Shown in pieces: positions 38,479-49,752 of a stretch of 64,000 nucleotides of DNA. The position numbers and the translations under genes are program-made. Under the pieces are notes generated by a model that did no database searches, was not told where the DNA came from, and saw nothing but the letters and a program-made list of their open reading frames with translations. Within the stretch, counting starts at the first letter, position 1, and every line of letters starts with the position of its first letter. Where the stretch lies: the NCBI GenBank assembly GCA_910595815.1, contig CAJVCM010000015.1:38551-102550 (forward strand). The letters run 5' to 3'. Source of the DNA: Candidatus Thioglobus plumae (GTDB taxonomy: Bacteria; Pseudomonadota; Gammaproteobacteria; PS1; Pseudothioglobaceae).

Positions 38479-39192
38479 ATGAACACCCCTAAACACATTG
38501 CAATTATTATGGACGGCAACGGTCGTTGGGCGTCGAAACGCTTCTTGCCTCGCATCCAAGGCCATCAAAAAGGGGTTAAAGCCGTACGTAAAGTGGTGAA
38601 ACATTGTGGAAAATTGGGTATCGAAACACTAACGTTATTTGCTTTTAGTAGTGAGAACAAAAATCGTTCAAATGAAGAGGTGTCTTTGTTGTTTAAGCTG
38701 TTTTTAAGTGTGCTCAAACAAGAGGTTAACAAGCTTAATAAACACAACGTCAAACTCAAAATTATTGGAGACCTTGATCTGTTCCCCCAAGAAGTACAAC
38801 AAACAGCCGTTGATGCGCAAGCACTATTGGCAAATAACACAGGCTTAACTCTGGTGATTGCTGCAAACTATGGTGGCCAATGGGACATTGCACAAGCGGC
38901 ACAACAAATTGCCAAACGTGCAGCCAATAATGAGATTAACGTTGATGACATTAATATTGATACTTTTTCTCAGTATTTATCCTTAGCAGATCAGCCAAAA
39001 GTTGATCTATTAATTCGTACCAGTGGTGAGCTCAGAATCAGTAACTTCTTACTATGGGAAATCGCCTATAGCGAGCTGTATTTTACCAACACCTTGTGGC
39101 CAGACTTTAGCCCTGCAGAGCTCGATAAAGCCGTTGAAAGCTTTAACCATCGCGACCGTCGTTTTGGCGAACGCAAGGATAAAGCATGCTAA
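38479..39192 (+). CDS. uppS: ditrans,polycis-undecaprenyl-diphosphate synthase
   Basis: HIAIIMDGNGRWA, FAFSSENKNR, and RTSGELRISNFLLWE. Confidence 0.96.
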   Translation: MNTPKHIAIIMDGNGRWASKRFLPRIQGHQKGVKAVRKVVKHCGKLGIETLTLFAFSSENKNRSNEEVSLLFKLFLSVLKQEVNKLNKHNVKLKIIGDLDLFPQEVQQTAVDAQALLANNTGLTLVIAANYGGQWDIAQAAQQIAKRAANNEINVDDINIDTFSQYLSLADQPKVDLLIRTSGELRISNFLLWEIAYSELYFTNTLWPDFSPAELDKAVESFNHRDRRFGERKDKAC

Positions 39193-40001
39193 GCGGATTA
39201 GCCCAAAGAAGCCTAACCGCATTGATTTTAGCGCCTGCTTTTATTTGGGCAATATTTGCTTTGCCTACACCTTATTTTTCATACTTATTGTTAGCCTTCG
39301 TTGTGCTTGGTGCTTGGGAGTTCTCACGACTCATTAAAATCACTCAGCCTATCAACAGGGCCTTATTAACGCTGTTTATTGTTGGTTGCACGTTGGTTGC
39401 AAATAACCACGCACAAAATCCAGGCAACCTAACCGTTCTACTTTATGTTTCTGTTGTTTGGTGGGGTTTGAATTTGTTTTGGGTGTTAAGCTACCCCAAC
39501 CACACTCAAACTTGGTTTGGCTCCGGCATTGTTCGGTCAATGAGTGGTGTACTGCTGTTAGCACCTATGTGGGTTTCACTGGTTAACTTACACTTAAAAG
39601 GTGATGAATATTTCTTACTGTTAATGTTGCTTATTTGGGGGGCGGATTCCGGTGCTTACTTTGTAGGCAGGAAGTTTGGTAGGCGTAAGCTTGCACCTAG
39701 TGTTAGTCCTGGAAAATCTGTCGAGGGCGTATTGGGTGGTATTGGTTTTGCCTTAGTTGTAATGCTGGTCTTTCTACAAGTGCAAGGCATCGCAACTGAA
39801 AAATATTTTGGCTATCTACTACTAACAATTGTTGTTACCAGTGTTTCTGTTTTGGGTGATTTATTCGAAAGCTTGTTTAAGCGTGAATCAGGTATGAAAG
39901 ACAGTGGGCAGATTCTGCCCGGCCATGGTGGTGTATTAGACCGTATCGATTCACTTACCGCAGCAGCACCATTTTTTCTACTAGGATTAAACCTGCTATG
40001 A
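39186..40001 (+). CDS. cdsA: phosphatidate cytidylyltransferase
   Basis: Polytopic protein with the C-terminal signature SLFKRESGMKDSGQILPGHGGVLDRIDS. Confidence 0.92.
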   Translation: MLSGLAQRSLTALILAPAFIWAIFALPTPYFSYLLLAFVVLGAWEFSRLIKITQPINRALLTLFIVGCTLVANNHAQNPGNLTVLLYVSVVWWGLNLFWVLSYPNHTQTWFGSGIVRSMSGVLLLAPMWVSLVNLHLKGDEYFLLLMLLIWGADSGAYFVGRKFGRRKLAPSVSPGKSVEGVLGGIGFALVVMLVFLQVQGIATEKYFGYLLLTIVVTSVSVLGDLFESLFKRESGMKDSGQILPGHGGVLDRIDSLTAAAPFFLLGLNLL

Positions 40002-41149
40002 AAAATATAACCCTTTTAGGCGCTACTGGATCGATTGGCAAAAGCACCTTATCTGTGGTTGACCAACACCCTGATCAATTTAACATCTTCGCCCTTAGTG
40101 CTAATACCAACTGGCATGCAATGCTTGAATTGTGTCACCAATATCAGCCAACTTATGCCGTCATGACGAATGAAGAAGCAGCTGACAAATTACAAGCTGC
40201 ACTCAATAATGACACTCAGGTGCTCAGTGGTGAACAAGCTTTGTGTGATATTGCCGCACACCAACAAACCAATTATGTCATGGCAGCCATTGTAGGTGCT
40301 GCAGGCATGTCCTCAGCGCTTGCGGCCGCCAAAGCGGGCAAACGTATCATGTTAGCCAACAAAGAATCCTTAGTCTTAGCGGGTGACATCTTTATGGATG
40401 CGGTTAAGCACTCTGGTGCAGAGCTCATTCCTGTTGATTCAGAACACAGTGCTATTTTTCAGTGTTTACAAGGTGGTCGCTCAGGACTTAGTAAAATTCA
40501 ACTCACTGCCAGTGGTGGCCCTTTCTTGCACACGCCATTAAGTGAACTGCAATCAATAACCCCTGATGAGGCCTGCGCCCACCCAAACTGGTCTATGGGT
40601 CGAAAAATTTCAGTTGACTCGGCCACGATGATGAATAAGGGGCTGGAAGTGATTGAGGCTTATTATTTATTTGACCTAAAACCTGAACAAATCGACGTGG
40701 TTATGCACCCACAAAGCATTGTTCATTCTTCGGTTTATTTTAATGACGGCTCCACCTTGTCGCAGCTGGGCAATCCTGATATGCGTAGTGTTATTTCCTA
40801 TGCAATGGCTTATCCTCAGCGCATTAGCTCTGGCGTTGCGCCACTAGACTTAGCTAACAACTCGCCACTAGAATTCTTTACACCAGACCTGGAAAAATTC
40901 GCTTGTCTCAAGCTGGCCTTTGAAGCACTAAAACAAGGTGGTAATGCCATGGGTACAATTAACGCCGCTAATGAGATTGCTGTTGATGCGTTTTTAAATC
41001 AAACCATTAGTTTCTTGACCATTCCTCAGGTTATTGAGCAAACGCTTGCTCAAATAAAACACACTACTTTAAACAATCTTGATGCCATTATTGCTAATGA
41101 CCAAGAAGCGCGAGGCCTAGCCTCTCAAATTGTTGCCAAATATGCTTAA
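39998..41149 (+). CDS. dxr: 1-deoxy-D-xylulose-5-phosphate reductoisomerase
   Basis: LLGATGSIGKSTL, LANKESLV, and NKGLEVIEA. Confidence 0.96.
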   Translation: MKNITLLGATGSIGKSTLSVVDQHPDQFNIFALSANTNWHAMLELCHQYQPTYAVMTNEEAADKLQAALNNDTQVLSGEQALCDIAAHQQTNYVMAAIVGAAGMSSALAAAKAGKRIMLANKESLVLAGDIFMDAVKHSGAELIPVDSEHSAIFQCLQGGRSGLSKIQLTASGGPFLHTPLSELQSITPDEACAHPNWSMGRKISVDSATMMNKGLEVIEAYYLFDLKPEQIDVVMHPQSIVHSSVYFNDGSTLSQLGNPDMRSVISYAMAYPQRISSGVAPLDLANNSPLEFFTPDLEKFACLKLAFEALKQGGNAMGTINAANEIAVDAFLNQTISFLTIPQVIEQTLAQIKHTTLNNLDAIIANDQEARGLASQIVAKYA

Positions 41150-41987
41150 ACACATTCTGTTTTTAATTTTTTCAGCAATTTTTTTGGTCACGACCAATGC
41201 TGTGGCACATAGCAGCAATGCCTTCGAGCGTTCCACCATCACCATTACTCAATCATTAAACTACGACGCTAAGAAAGCCAACATTAACCCAAGTATTATC
41301 AAAACTATTGTGCGCATATTCTCCTGGGAAATTGACTTTAATAAAGACTTAAGGAAAGGCGACCGCTTTATTATCGTCGGCAATAGTGGTGCCAATCCTA
41401 GTGCTATTATCTATACCAGTTTAAAAAAACGCATTGCCTTATTTGCCTATACCGATCAACAGGGGCGTACTGATTATTACGATAAAAATGGTCGTTCTTT
41501 ACATGCTTCTTTTCTCAAGGCGCCCCTCAAATACAACAGAATTAGTTCTGAATTTCAAAGAAAGCGTCTTCATCCTATTTTAAAAACCTGGAAGCCGCAT
41601 CGAGCGGTTGATTTTACTGCGAAAACAGGCACACCCGTTTATTCGTCTGCTAACGGCGTAGTGCAACATAGAAAAAGAATGGGCGCTTTAGGTAATGTTG
41701 TTTATATTAAACATGGCAACACTTATACCACCGTTTATGCACACTTATCTCGATTTGCTCGAGGACTAAGAGTGGCGCAAAAAGTCAAAAAAGGGCAGAT
41801 TATCGGCTATGTGGGGTCAACTGGACGCTCAACTGGCCCACATCTACACTATGAGTTGCGTTATAAAGGTATACGGAAAAATCCACTAACTTATCGATTA
41901 CCCAAACAAAAAAACGTGGCTCATGACGATTTATGGCGCTTCAAAAACAAAGCTAATAAAATCTTAAACTCCCTAAACAATTACTAA
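41142..41987 (+). CDS. M23 family metallopeptidase (secreted)
   Basis: Signal peptide, then HRAVDF...GSTGRSTGPHLHYE (HxxxD and HxH motifs). The ATG at 41142 is preferred over the TTG at 41130. Confidence 0.8.
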   Translation: MLKHILFLIFSAIFLVTTNAVAHSSNAFERSTITITQSLNYDAKKANINPSIIKTIVRIFSWEIDFNKDLRKGDRFIIVGNSGANPSAIIYTSLKKRIALFAYTDQQGRTDYYDKNGRSLHASFLKAPLKYNRISSEFQRKRLHPILKTWKPHRAVDFTAKTGTPVYSSANGVVQHRKRMGALGNVVYIKHGNTYTTVYAHLSRFARGLRVAQKVKKGQIIGYVGSTGRSTGPHLHYELRYKGIRKNPLTYRLPKQKNVAHDDLWRFKNKANKILNSLNNY

Positions 41988-42592
41988 TCATTTAGCCAAT
42001 CTTTCCAACTGTTGGGGCTTAGTGTTTTCCAGTGGCCGCTATTAACACGTTGTGCCTGGTAATTCTTTGCGCCTTTAACATTGTTTAAAACTGCAAAAGC
42101 CAAAAGTTCACCAATGCGCTGAGTTTTTTTGGTGCCTGGCACCAAAGATTCGTTTCTAATCACAGCTGCAATAAAGGCTGAGTGCGCATTTCCATGAGCC
42201 TCGAAAGACTCCTCAAATAAATTAAGTGCTAAAAACTCATTTTTAACAAAGCCGTTATCACCATCCAGCAAATATAGTGCGTAATCGTACAGCGCAGGGT
42301 CGTGGCTTTGTCTTACTAGTTTAATCAATATCTCGTTAGCGCCGCGTTCATGTGGCGGGTATCCCATAAGTGGGCTACCATATCGCACTTGTTTAGAAGA
42401 CTCATACAAGGCATCTAGGTCGTATAAATCAAAAGCACCTTTTAGCAATAAAGACTGACCTCGCATTACAATATCACGAGAACCAATTTCGCTACCAATT
42501 TGAATTAAACGAAGTGCGCCATCAGAAAGTGGCGACGCTAAAGAAAATTGCGCGGTTAATAACAAGATAATTAAAATGTTTTTCTTCATCAT
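41984..42592 (-). CDS. secreted hypothetical protein, possibly a Sel1/TPR-like helical repeat protein
   Basis: Signal peptide MMKKNILIILLLTAQFSLA, taking the start at M21 of the track ORF. The repeat assignment is weak. Confidence 0.45.
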   Translation of the reverse strand: MMKKNILIILLLTAQFSLASPLSDGALRLIQIGSEIGSRDIVMRGQSLLLKGAFDLYDLDALYESSKQVRYGSPLMGYPPHERGANEILIKLVRQSHDPALYDYALYLLDGDNGFVKNEFLALNLFEESFEAHGNAHSAFIAAVIRNESLVPGTKKTQRIGELLAFAVLNNVKGAKNYQAQRVNSGHWKTLSPNSWKDWLND

Positions 42593-42705
42593 AGGGTGTG
42601 CATGTATTTTATCATATATAGGTAAATTTATGCACAATCGCAAGCGCCCCATTGTTGTAGATTAAGGTTAAAATAATATCAATTTACCTCCGCCCAAAGA
42701 CGCAC

Positions 42706-43584
42706 TTGGAAACACTCTTCAAAACCTCGCTTAGCCTACCTCTAATCCAAAAAGGCAAGGTTCGCGATATTTATGATATTGACGATAAGCGTATGCTCAT
42801 TGTCACTACCGATCGCCTCAGTGCCTTTGATGTTGTTTTTGATGCGCCAATCAGTCAAAAAGGCGCAGTGCTCACCCGTGTGGCTAACTTTTGGTTCGAC
42901 AAAACGCAACACATCATTCCCAACCATTTAACGCATGAACCATTAAGCAATGTACTGAACGCAGCTGAAATTCAACAAGTTGAAGGTCGCGCTATTATTG
43001 TGAAAAAACTCAAGCCTTTAGCAGTAGAGGCAATTGTTCGTGGCTATATTATTGGCTCTGGTTGGAAAGATTACCAAAATACAGGCCGTATTTGTGGCGC
43101 CAAATTACCTGATAATTTACAACTGGCAGAAAAATTACCCGAAGTACTTTACACACCCTCTAGTAAAGCAGCTGTTGGCGAGCACGATGAGAATATTGAT
43201 TTTGCTGCGACTGTGGATATATTGGGCGAAGACATGGCTCAGCAGGTTAAACAAGCCAGTTTGTCGCTTTACCAATTTGCAGCTGATTACGCATTAACAC
43301 GTGGCATTATTATTGCTGATACTAAGTTTGAATTTGGTCTTGATGAGAATAACCGACTTACTTTGATGGATGAAGTGCTCACGCCAGACTCTTCGAGATT
43401 TTGGTCGAAAGAAGATTACCAAGTAGGTACCAGCCCAAAAAGTTTTGATAAACAAATTGTACGAGACTATTTAGAAACACTAGATTGGAACAAGGCCCCA
43501 CCCGCACCAACACTGCCCGAGCACATCGTTCAAAAAACGGCCGACAAATACTTAGAAGTACAAACCCTACTAACCCAAACTTAA
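42706..43584 (+). CDS. purC: phosphoribosylaminoimidazole-succinocarboxamide synthase (long form)
   Basis: GKVRDIYD, TDRLSAFD, and LIIADTKFEFG. Apparent TTG start. Confidence 0.9.
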   Translation: METLFKTSLSLPLIQKGKVRDIYDIDDKRMLIVTTDRLSAFDVVFDAPISQKGAVLTRVANFWFDKTQHIIPNHLTHEPLSNVLNAAEIQQVEGRAIIVKKLKPLAVEAIVRGYIIGSGWKDYQNTGRICGAKLPDNLQLAEKLPEVLYTPSSKAAVGEHDENIDFAATVDILGEDMAQQVKQASLSLYQFAADYALTRGIIIADTKFEFGLDENNRLTLMDEVLTPDSSRFWSKEDYQVGTSPKSFDKQIVRDYLETLDWNKAPPAPTLPEHIVQKTADKYLEVQTLLTQT

Positions 43585-43588
43585 TCTC

Positions 43589-44389
43589 ATGCAGCTAAGC
43601 GGACTCATTAGCAAAATGCACACCAGCCTGAGTATGGGTACAGCACAATATCAATTGCCAATTGGCGATAAGTTGCTCAACATGAATGACTTGATTGGTG
43701 AAACCATACAATTAGAGTTTAACGGTCAAATCAACTGTGCGAACTGTGGCAAGACCACCAATAAAAGCTATTCACAAGGTTATTGCTACCCCTGTTGTCA
43801 AAAATTGGCCCGTTGTGATTTGTGCATCATGAAACCAGAAACCTGTCATCATCATCTGGGCACTTGTCGTGAGCCAAGTTGGGGCCTGGATAACTGCTTT
43901 ACTCCTCACGTAATTTATTTGGCTAATTCATCCGGTGTTAAGGTTGGCATTACGCGAAAGTCTAACATCCCAAATCGGTGGATTGACCAAGGTGCCGTCA
44001 GTGCTTTACCCATACTAGAAGTAGACACTCGCCTTAAATCTGGGATGATAGAGGTCGCCCTAAAAGACTTTGTGAACGACAAAACCAATTGGCGAAAAAT
44101 GCTTAAAAATGAAATAAAAGTGGTTGACCTCAAACAGGTGCGCGACGAGTTGCTACCAAAAGTTCAATTATTAGCCAATGAATTGGGTGCAAAAACGCTC
44201 AATAACGAGACTTTAGAAATTAATTACCCTGTGGTAGAATACCCAAGCAAAATTAGCTCACTAAATTTTGATAAAACGCCGCTTATTTCAGGGTTGTTAA
44301 AAGGCATTAAGGGGCAATATTTAATTTTGGATGTGGGCGTACTCAATATTAGGAAATTTGGCTCTTACAACATAACATTAACTTATTAA
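43589..44389 (+). CDS. DUF2797-like Cys-rich (zinc-ribbon) protein of unknown function
   Basis: CANCGK...CYPCC...CDLC...CHHHLGTC cluster, 266 aa. Starts 4 nt after the purC stop. Confidence 0.6.
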   Translation: MQLSGLISKMHTSLSMGTAQYQLPIGDKLLNMNDLIGETIQLEFNGQINCANCGKTTNKSYSQGYCYPCCQKLARCDLCIMKPETCHHHLGTCREPSWGLDNCFTPHVIYLANSSGVKVGITRKSNIPNRWIDQGAVSALPILEVDTRLKSGMIEVALKDFVNDKTNWRKMLKNEIKVVDLKQVRDELLPKVQLLANELGAKTLNNETLEINYPVVEYPSKISSLNFDKTPLISGLLKGIKGQYLILDVGVLNIRKFGSYNITLTY

Positions 44390-44399
44390 GGAAAATACT

Positions 44400-44726
44400 A
44401 TGGCGGAACTCATTATTGAAGAATTAGCATTAGGCGAAGGCACGGCGTGCAAAGCCAGCGATCATGTTTCTATGCACTACACCGGCTGGCTAACCAACGG
44501 CAAAAAATTTGACTCCAGTGTTGATCGCAACACTCCGTTTGACTTCCAGCTGGGTGTCGGGCAAGTTATCCCTGGCTGGGATCAGGGCGTTGATGGTATG
44601 CAAGTGGGCGGAAAACGTAAACTAACTATTCCATCAAAATTGGCTTACGGTGAAATGGGTGCGGGCAATGTTATCCCACCAAGTGCAACGCTTGTTTTTG
44701 AAGTAGAATTACTAGCAATTAAATAA
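44400..44726 (+). CDS. FKBP-type peptidyl-prolyl cis-trans isomerase
   Basis: 108 aa FKBP12-like protein: [25 protein letters not shown], and LVFEVELL. Confidence 0.9.
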   Translation: MAELIIEELALGEGTACKASDHVSMHYTGWLTNGKKFDSSVDRNTPFDFQLGVGQVIPGWDQGVDGMQVGGKRKLTIPSKLAYGEMGAGNVIPPSATLVFEVELLAIK

Positions 44727-45914
44727 ATGAACGAAGATTTTCCCCGAATTAAGCGCTTACCCGCTTACGTTTTTGCCGTTACTAACGAGCTAAAAGCAGA
44801 GGCACGTGCGCGTGGCGAAGATATTATTGACTTTGGTATGGGCAATCCTGACCAGCCAACACCAGACCACATTGTCGAAAAATTGGTAGAGGCAGCACGC
44901 CGTAAAGATACGCACCGTTATTCAACTTCTCGTGGTATTCCACGCCTTAGACGCGCAATTACCAGTTGGTATAAAAATCGTTTTGATGTTGATCTAGACC
45001 CAGAAACTGAGGCTATTGTTACCATTGGATCAAAAGAGGGATTGGCCAACTTAGCGCAAGCTGTTGTGGGCAATGGAGATACTGTATTAGTGCCCAACCC
45101 CGCCTATCCAATCCACCCGTATGGATTTGTGATTGCTGGCGCAGATATTCAACACGTGCCTTGCGGCCCTGATGATGATTTTTTTGCAGAGCTTGAGCGC
45201 TCAATTAAAAACACCTTTCCTAAACCTAAAATGTTGGTGCTTAATTACCCGTCTAACCCCACCACTGAATGTGTCGAATTAGAGTTTTTTGAACGCGTTA
45301 TCAAAATCGCCAAAGAGCATGAGATTTGGGTAATTCAAGATCTAGCCTATGCTGATATTGTTTTTGACGGCTATGTAGCACCCAGTATTTTGCAAGTTGA
45401 AGGGGCGAAAGACATTGCGGTTGAATTCTTCTCTTTGTCAAAAAGTTACAATATGCCGGGTTGGCGTGTGGGCTTTATGGTTGGCAACCCACTGCTTGTT
45501 GCCGCTCTGGCAAAAATTAAATCCTATCTTGATTACGGCATGTTTACCCCAATTCAAGTGGCTGCCATTGAAGCGCTGGAAGGCGATCAAAGCTGTGTTA
45601 AAGAGATTTCAGATATGTATCAAGAGCGTCGTGATGTCTTATGTGGCGGCCTACAATCAATTGGATGGGACGTTACACTGCCCAAAGCTACTATGTTTGT
45701 TTGGGCTAAAATTCCTGAATTTTATCAAGAAATGGGTTCGTTGGAATTTACCAAGAAACTACTAAAAGTGGCAAAAGTAGGTGTTTCGCCTGGTATTGGT
45801 TTTGGTGATTATGGCGACAACTATGTGCGTTTTGGGCTTATTGAAAATGAGCACCGTACTCGTCAAGCGGTGCGAGGTATTCGCGAAATGTTTAAGCAAG
45901 ATGGATTGCTGTGA
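44727..45914 (+). CDS. class I/II PLP-dependent aminotransferase (AlaC/AspC-like)
   Basis: NPDQPTP, NYPSNPT, and the [14 protein letters not shown] Lys motif, 395 aa. Confidence 0.85.
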   Translation: MNEDFPRIKRLPAYVFAVTNELKAEARARGEDIIDFGMGNPDQPTPDHIVEKLVEAARRKDTHRYSTSRGIPRLRRAITSWYKNRFDVDLDPETEAIVTIGSKEGLANLAQAVVGNGDTVLVPNPAYPIHPYGFVIAGADIQHVPCGPDDDFFAELERSIKNTFPKPKMLVLNYPSNPTTECVELEFFERVIKIAKEHEIWVIQDLAYADIVFDGYVAPSILQVEGAKDIAVEFFSLSKSYNMPGWRVGFMVGNPLLVAALAKIKSYLDYGMFTPIQVAAIEALEGDQSCVKEISDMYQERRDVLCGGLQSIGWDVTLPKATMFVWAKIPEFYQEMGSLEFTKKLLKVAKVGVSPGIGFGDYGDNYVRFGLIENEHRTRQAVRGIREMFKQDGLL

Positions 45915-46747
45915 GGCTGTCAGCCGAACAATTTAAACAATCAAAAAACAAGCGTCTAACGCTATTGGGTATGTCAGGTGTCGGCAAAACACACTTATCA
46001 AAACTCCTTAGCAATGAAGACAAGTGGTATCACTATTCAGGCGATTATCGTATCGGTGCCGAATATCTTAATCAGGCGATTCTTGACAACATTACACACA
46101 ACATCAGACAAGATGATTGGCTGGGTGGCTTATTAGACAACCGATCTATTAGTATTGAAAATAACATCACCTTTGACAACTTGTCATCGGTTTCTGCTTT
46201 TTTGGGCAAAGTTGGCAACCCCGAGCAAGGTGGTTTGCCGATTGATGAATTTACTCGCCGTCAAGCCCTACACCGAGAGGCTGAAATTAACACTATGTTA
46301 GATGTGCCTCAGTTTATTGAAAAATCATCCCAACAAGGGTTTAACCACTTTATCAATGATGCAGGCGGTAGCTTATGTGAGCTTGATAATGACAAGGTAT
46401 ATCAAACCCTTGCTGAACACACGCTAATCCTCTATATACGAGCCAGCAAAGTCAATAAATCAGCACTGATTGAGCGAGCACAAACACACCCTAAGCCTTT
46501 GTATTACCAGGCAGATTTCTTAAAAGAGCAACTGGCTGTTTATCTAACTGAAAACAACCTAACTTACGTAGCACAAATTAATCCTGATGCTTTTGTTGGC
46601 TGGATTTTTCCACAATTGCTTGCGCACAGAGTGCCAAAATATGAAGCCATTGCACAAAAATACGGCTATACCATTGATAGTGAAGATCTGTATCAATGCA
46701 AAAATGCAAACGAAGTGTATGAACTCATCAATGGAGCGTTAGATTAA
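45911..46747 (+). CDS. P-loop NTPase of unknown function (shikimate/NMP-kinase-like)
   Basis: Walker [12 protein letters not shown], 278 aa. GTG start overlaps the upstream stop (GTGA), and its stop overlaps the metA ATG (TAATG). Confidence 0.55.
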   Translation: MRLSAEQFKQSKNKRLTLLGMSGVGKTHLSKLLSNEDKWYHYSGDYRIGAEYLNQAILDNITHNIRQDDWLGGLLDNRSISIENNITFDNLSSVSAFLGKVGNPEQGGLPIDEFTRRQALHREAEINTMLDVPQFIEKSSQQGFNHFINDAGGSLCELDNDKVYQTLAEHTLILYIRASKVNKSALIERAQTHPKPLYYQADFLKEQLAVYLTENNLTYVAQINPDAFVGWIFPQLLAHRVPKYEAIAQKYGYTIDSEDLYQCKNANEVYELINGALD

Positions 46748-47802
46748 TGCCATTAATTGCTCATTCTGGCTTACCTTCGTTCACACGCCTAGAGCAAGAA
46801 GGGGAAACTATTCTTTCTAAAGATCGTGCTGACCATCAAACCATTCGTGAACTGCATATTGGCTTGTTAAACATGATGCCAGACGCAGCACTTGAGGCCA
46901 CCGAAAGGCAATTTTTCCGCCTCGTTGGGCACTCAAATCAGATTGCGCAATTCTACTTACACCCATTTACGCTCTCTTCGATTAAACGTGGTGATAAAGC
47001 CCAAGCTCATGTTGATCAACATTATCAAAGCTTTGACGATATCAAAGCGCAAGGCTTAGACGCGCTTATTATTACAGGCGCTCACATTGAAGAAGCTGAC
47101 TTACAAAAAGCACCTTTTTATGATCAGCTCAAAGAGGTAATTGAGTGGTCATATGATAACATCACTTCGACTTTATGCTCTTGCTTAGCCACCCACGCAG
47201 TGCTAGAATTTCGTTATGGACAAAAAAGACAAGCCATTGGCGAAAAGTGTTGGGGCGTGTTTCCACACCAAGTGCTTGATCGCCAACACCCACTCATGAG
47301 CGGCGTCAACACTTGTTTTGATGTACCGCATTCCCGTTTTAATGAAATTTCCAAAGCGCAGTTTGAAAAAGCGGGCGTTAAGATATTAGTCGACAGCGAA
47401 GTTGGTGCACACTTGTGCGTCAGTGAAGACTTGCTTAGAATTGTATTTTTCCAAGGGCATCCAGAATACGACACCATTAGCCTGCTAAAAGAATATAAAC
47501 GTGAAGTAATTTCATTTTTAGATAAAGATAGAAAAGACTATCCATCTTTTCCAAGCAATTATTTAAGTCCACAAAACAAGGCTATCTTAAACGAGTTTAA
47601 AACTAAACTGCTTGATGGTGAATTTAATATAAACGACTTTCCTGAAGCGCTGATCAGCCAAACCTTGGGCAATACTTGGCATGATGCTACCAGCGGTATC
47701 ATCAACAACTGGATTGGCTGTGTTTATCAAGTCACTCACGAAGACATTAATAAACCATTTATGGATGGTATTAACCCGAACGACCCGCTCAACCTAAAAT
47801 AA
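46747..47802 (+). CDS. metA: homoserine O-acyltransferase, MetA family, with a C-terminal extension of about 40 aa
   Basis: RELHIGLLNMMP, FQGHPEY, 351 aa. Confidence 0.85.
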   Translation: MPLIAHSGLPSFTRLEQEGETILSKDRADHQTIRELHIGLLNMMPDAALEATERQFFRLVGHSNQIAQFYLHPFTLSSIKRGDKAQAHVDQHYQSFDDIKAQGLDALIITGAHIEEADLQKAPFYDQLKEVIEWSYDNITSTLCSCLATHAVLEFRYGQKRQAIGEKCWGVFPHQVLDRQHPLMSGVNTCFDVPHSRFNEISKAQFEKAGVKILVDSEVGAHLCVSEDLLRIVFFQGHPEYDTISLLKEYKREVISFLDKDRKDYPSFPSNYLSPQNKAILNEFKTKLLDGEFNINDFPEALISQTLGNTWHDATSGIINNWIGCVYQVTHEDINKPFMDGINPNDPLNLK

Positions 47803-48827
47803 TGAGCTCAATTTCAAAACCACTACTACAGTGGTTTGATCAGCACGGCCGCACCCAGCTTCCTTGGCAAATTGGAGAAAAAAGCCACACCAATGTTTAT
47901 CATGTGTGGCTGAGCGAAATAATGCTACAACAAACTCAGGTGGCCACTGTCATTGATTACTTTAATCGATTTACCAAGCACTTTCCAACCCTATCTGATT
48001 TATCAAAAGCCTCTGAAGATGACGTACTAGCCCAGTGGGCTGGGCTGGGTTATTACGCCAGGGCGCGCAATCTACATAAAAGCGCAAAAATTATTATGCA
48101 GGATTATCAGGGGGTGTTTCCCGATAACATTGAACAAGTTGTAGCCTTGCCCGGCATTGGCGAATCAACGGCAGGCGCTATTTTATCCATTAGCCACAAT
48201 CAAAATCACGCCATATTAGATGGCAACGTAAAGCGTGTATTGTCTCGATACCACCAAGTAAAAGGTCATTATGGTCAAGCTCAAACACTCAAACAGCTTT
48301 GGGTGCTAGCCAAACAACACACACCTAACACGCGTAATAATGATTACACTCAAGCCATTATGGATCTTGGTGCAACGCTGTGTACTCGCTCTAATCCAGA
48401 CTGTGGCCGATGCCCGGTTCAACAGGGGTGTCAGGCTTATCAACATAATACACAGACTGAATACCCAAACCCTAAGCCAAAGAAAAATAAACCTAGCCGC
48501 TCAATTGCAATGCTAATTTATCAAAACAAACAGGGGCAGATCTATCTAGAAAAAAGGCCGTCCAAAGGTATTTGGGGCGGGCTATGGAGTTTTGTAGAAT
48601 GTGAAGACAGTTCTCAAGACATTATGCGCACTATCCAACAGTTTGATGCAAGTGCGCACATCAATAAAATACTTAAACCTATCAAGCATAGCTTTACTCA
48701 CTACCACTTAATCATCAACCCTATTGTTGTTGATTGCTTAGAACAAGCCCACGGATTTCAATCAATTAATCAACTAAAAGTCGGGGTGCCGACACCTGTG
48801 AATAAAATCTTGGCACAATTAGATTAA
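47802..48827 (+). CDS. mutY: A/G-specific adenine DNA glycosylase
   Basis: HhH-GPD motifs, the 4Fe-4S Cys cluster CTRSNPDCGRCPVQQGC, and a C-terminal NUDIX-like domain. Confidence 0.92.
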   Translation: MSSISKPLLQWFDQHGRTQLPWQIGEKSHTNVYHVWLSEIMLQQTQVATVIDYFNRFTKHFPTLSDLSKASEDDVLAQWAGLGYYARARNLHKSAKIIMQDYQGVFPDNIEQVVALPGIGESTAGAILSISHNQNHAILDGNVKRVLSRYHQVKGHYGQAQTLKQLWVLAKQHTPNTRNNDYTQAIMDLGATLCTRSNPDCGRCPVQQGCQAYQHNTQTEYPNPKPKKNKPSRSIAMLIYQNKQGQIYLEKRPSKGIWGGLWSFVECEDSSQDIMRTIQQFDASAHINKILKPIKHSFTHYHLIINPIVVDCLEQAHGFQSINQLKVGVPTPVNKILAQLD

Positions 48828-48837
48828 AATAGCCGTT

Positions 48838-49752
48838 ATGCAACTTATTCGTGGCTTACACAATTTAAAAAATCATGCTGGTAGTGTTGTCACCATTGGT
48901 AACTTTGACGGCGTACATGTCGGCCACGAGAAAATCATTCTAAGACTGGTCGAGTCAGCCAAAGCATTGGGGCTACCTTCAGTGCTCATCTCCTTTTCAC
49001 CAACCCCTCAATGTTTTTTTGGTCGGGAACAAGCCACGCTAAGCAACTTTAAAGAAAAACACCAACTACTGTCTCGCCTTGGTGTGGACAAACATTTGTT
49101 AATCTACTTTGATCAGGATTTTTCTAAACTTGAAGCTAAAGACTTTATTCAACAAGTCTTACTGGATAAGCTCAACATGAAGCACTGTTTAATTGGCGAT
49201 GATTTTCGCTTTGGAAAAAAACGACAAGGCGATTTAGGTCTGTTGCAAAGCCTATCAAAAGCCAAGGGCTTTAGCGTAGAAAACACCCAGAGCGTACTGT
49301 GCAATAATTGCCGCGCAAGTAGCTCAGAAATTCGAACACTGCTTACCCGAGGTGATTTAGGCGCTGTCACGCAAATGCTGGGGCGCGAGTTTTCAATTTC
49401 AGGGAAAATTATTCATGGACAACAAAAAGGGAGAACCATTGGCTTTCCTACAATCAACATCCCTATTAAACGCAAAATTAGCCCGGTTTTGGGCGTGTTT
49501 GCAACCACGGTTGAAATTCAAGGTTCGGTTTTTCAAGGGGTATGTAATATTGGCAATCGCCCAACGATTAATGGCAAAGAGATATTATTAGAAGTGTTTT
49601 TGTTTGATTTTGATCGTGACGTTTATGGGATTAAGGCCAAGGTTGTGTTTAAACACAAAATCAGAGATGAAGAAAAATTTGATAGTTTTGAAGCGCTAAA
49701 ACAACAAATTGAGCTTGACACCCAACAGGCAAAAGCCTTCTTTAAAGCCTAA
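48838..49752 (+). CDS. ribF: bifunctional riboflavin kinase/FAD synthetase
   Basis: [10 protein letters not shown] and the C-terminal kinase domain GFPTINI, 304 aa. Confidence 0.92.
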   Translation: MQLIRGLHNLKNHAGSVVTIGNFDGVHVGHEKIILRLVESAKALGLPSVLISFSPTPQCFFGREQATLSNFKEKHQLLSRLGVDKHLLIYFDQDFSKLEAKDFIQQVLLDKLNMKHCLIGDDFRFGKKRQGDLGLLQSLSKAKGFSVENTQSVLCNNCRASSSEIRTLLTRGDLGAVTQMLGREFSISGKIIHGQQKGRTIGFPTINIPIKRKISPVLGVFATTVEIQGSVFQGVCNIGNRPTINGKEILLEVFLFDFDRDVYGIKAKVVFKHKIRDEEKFDSFEALKQQIELDTQQAKAFFKA

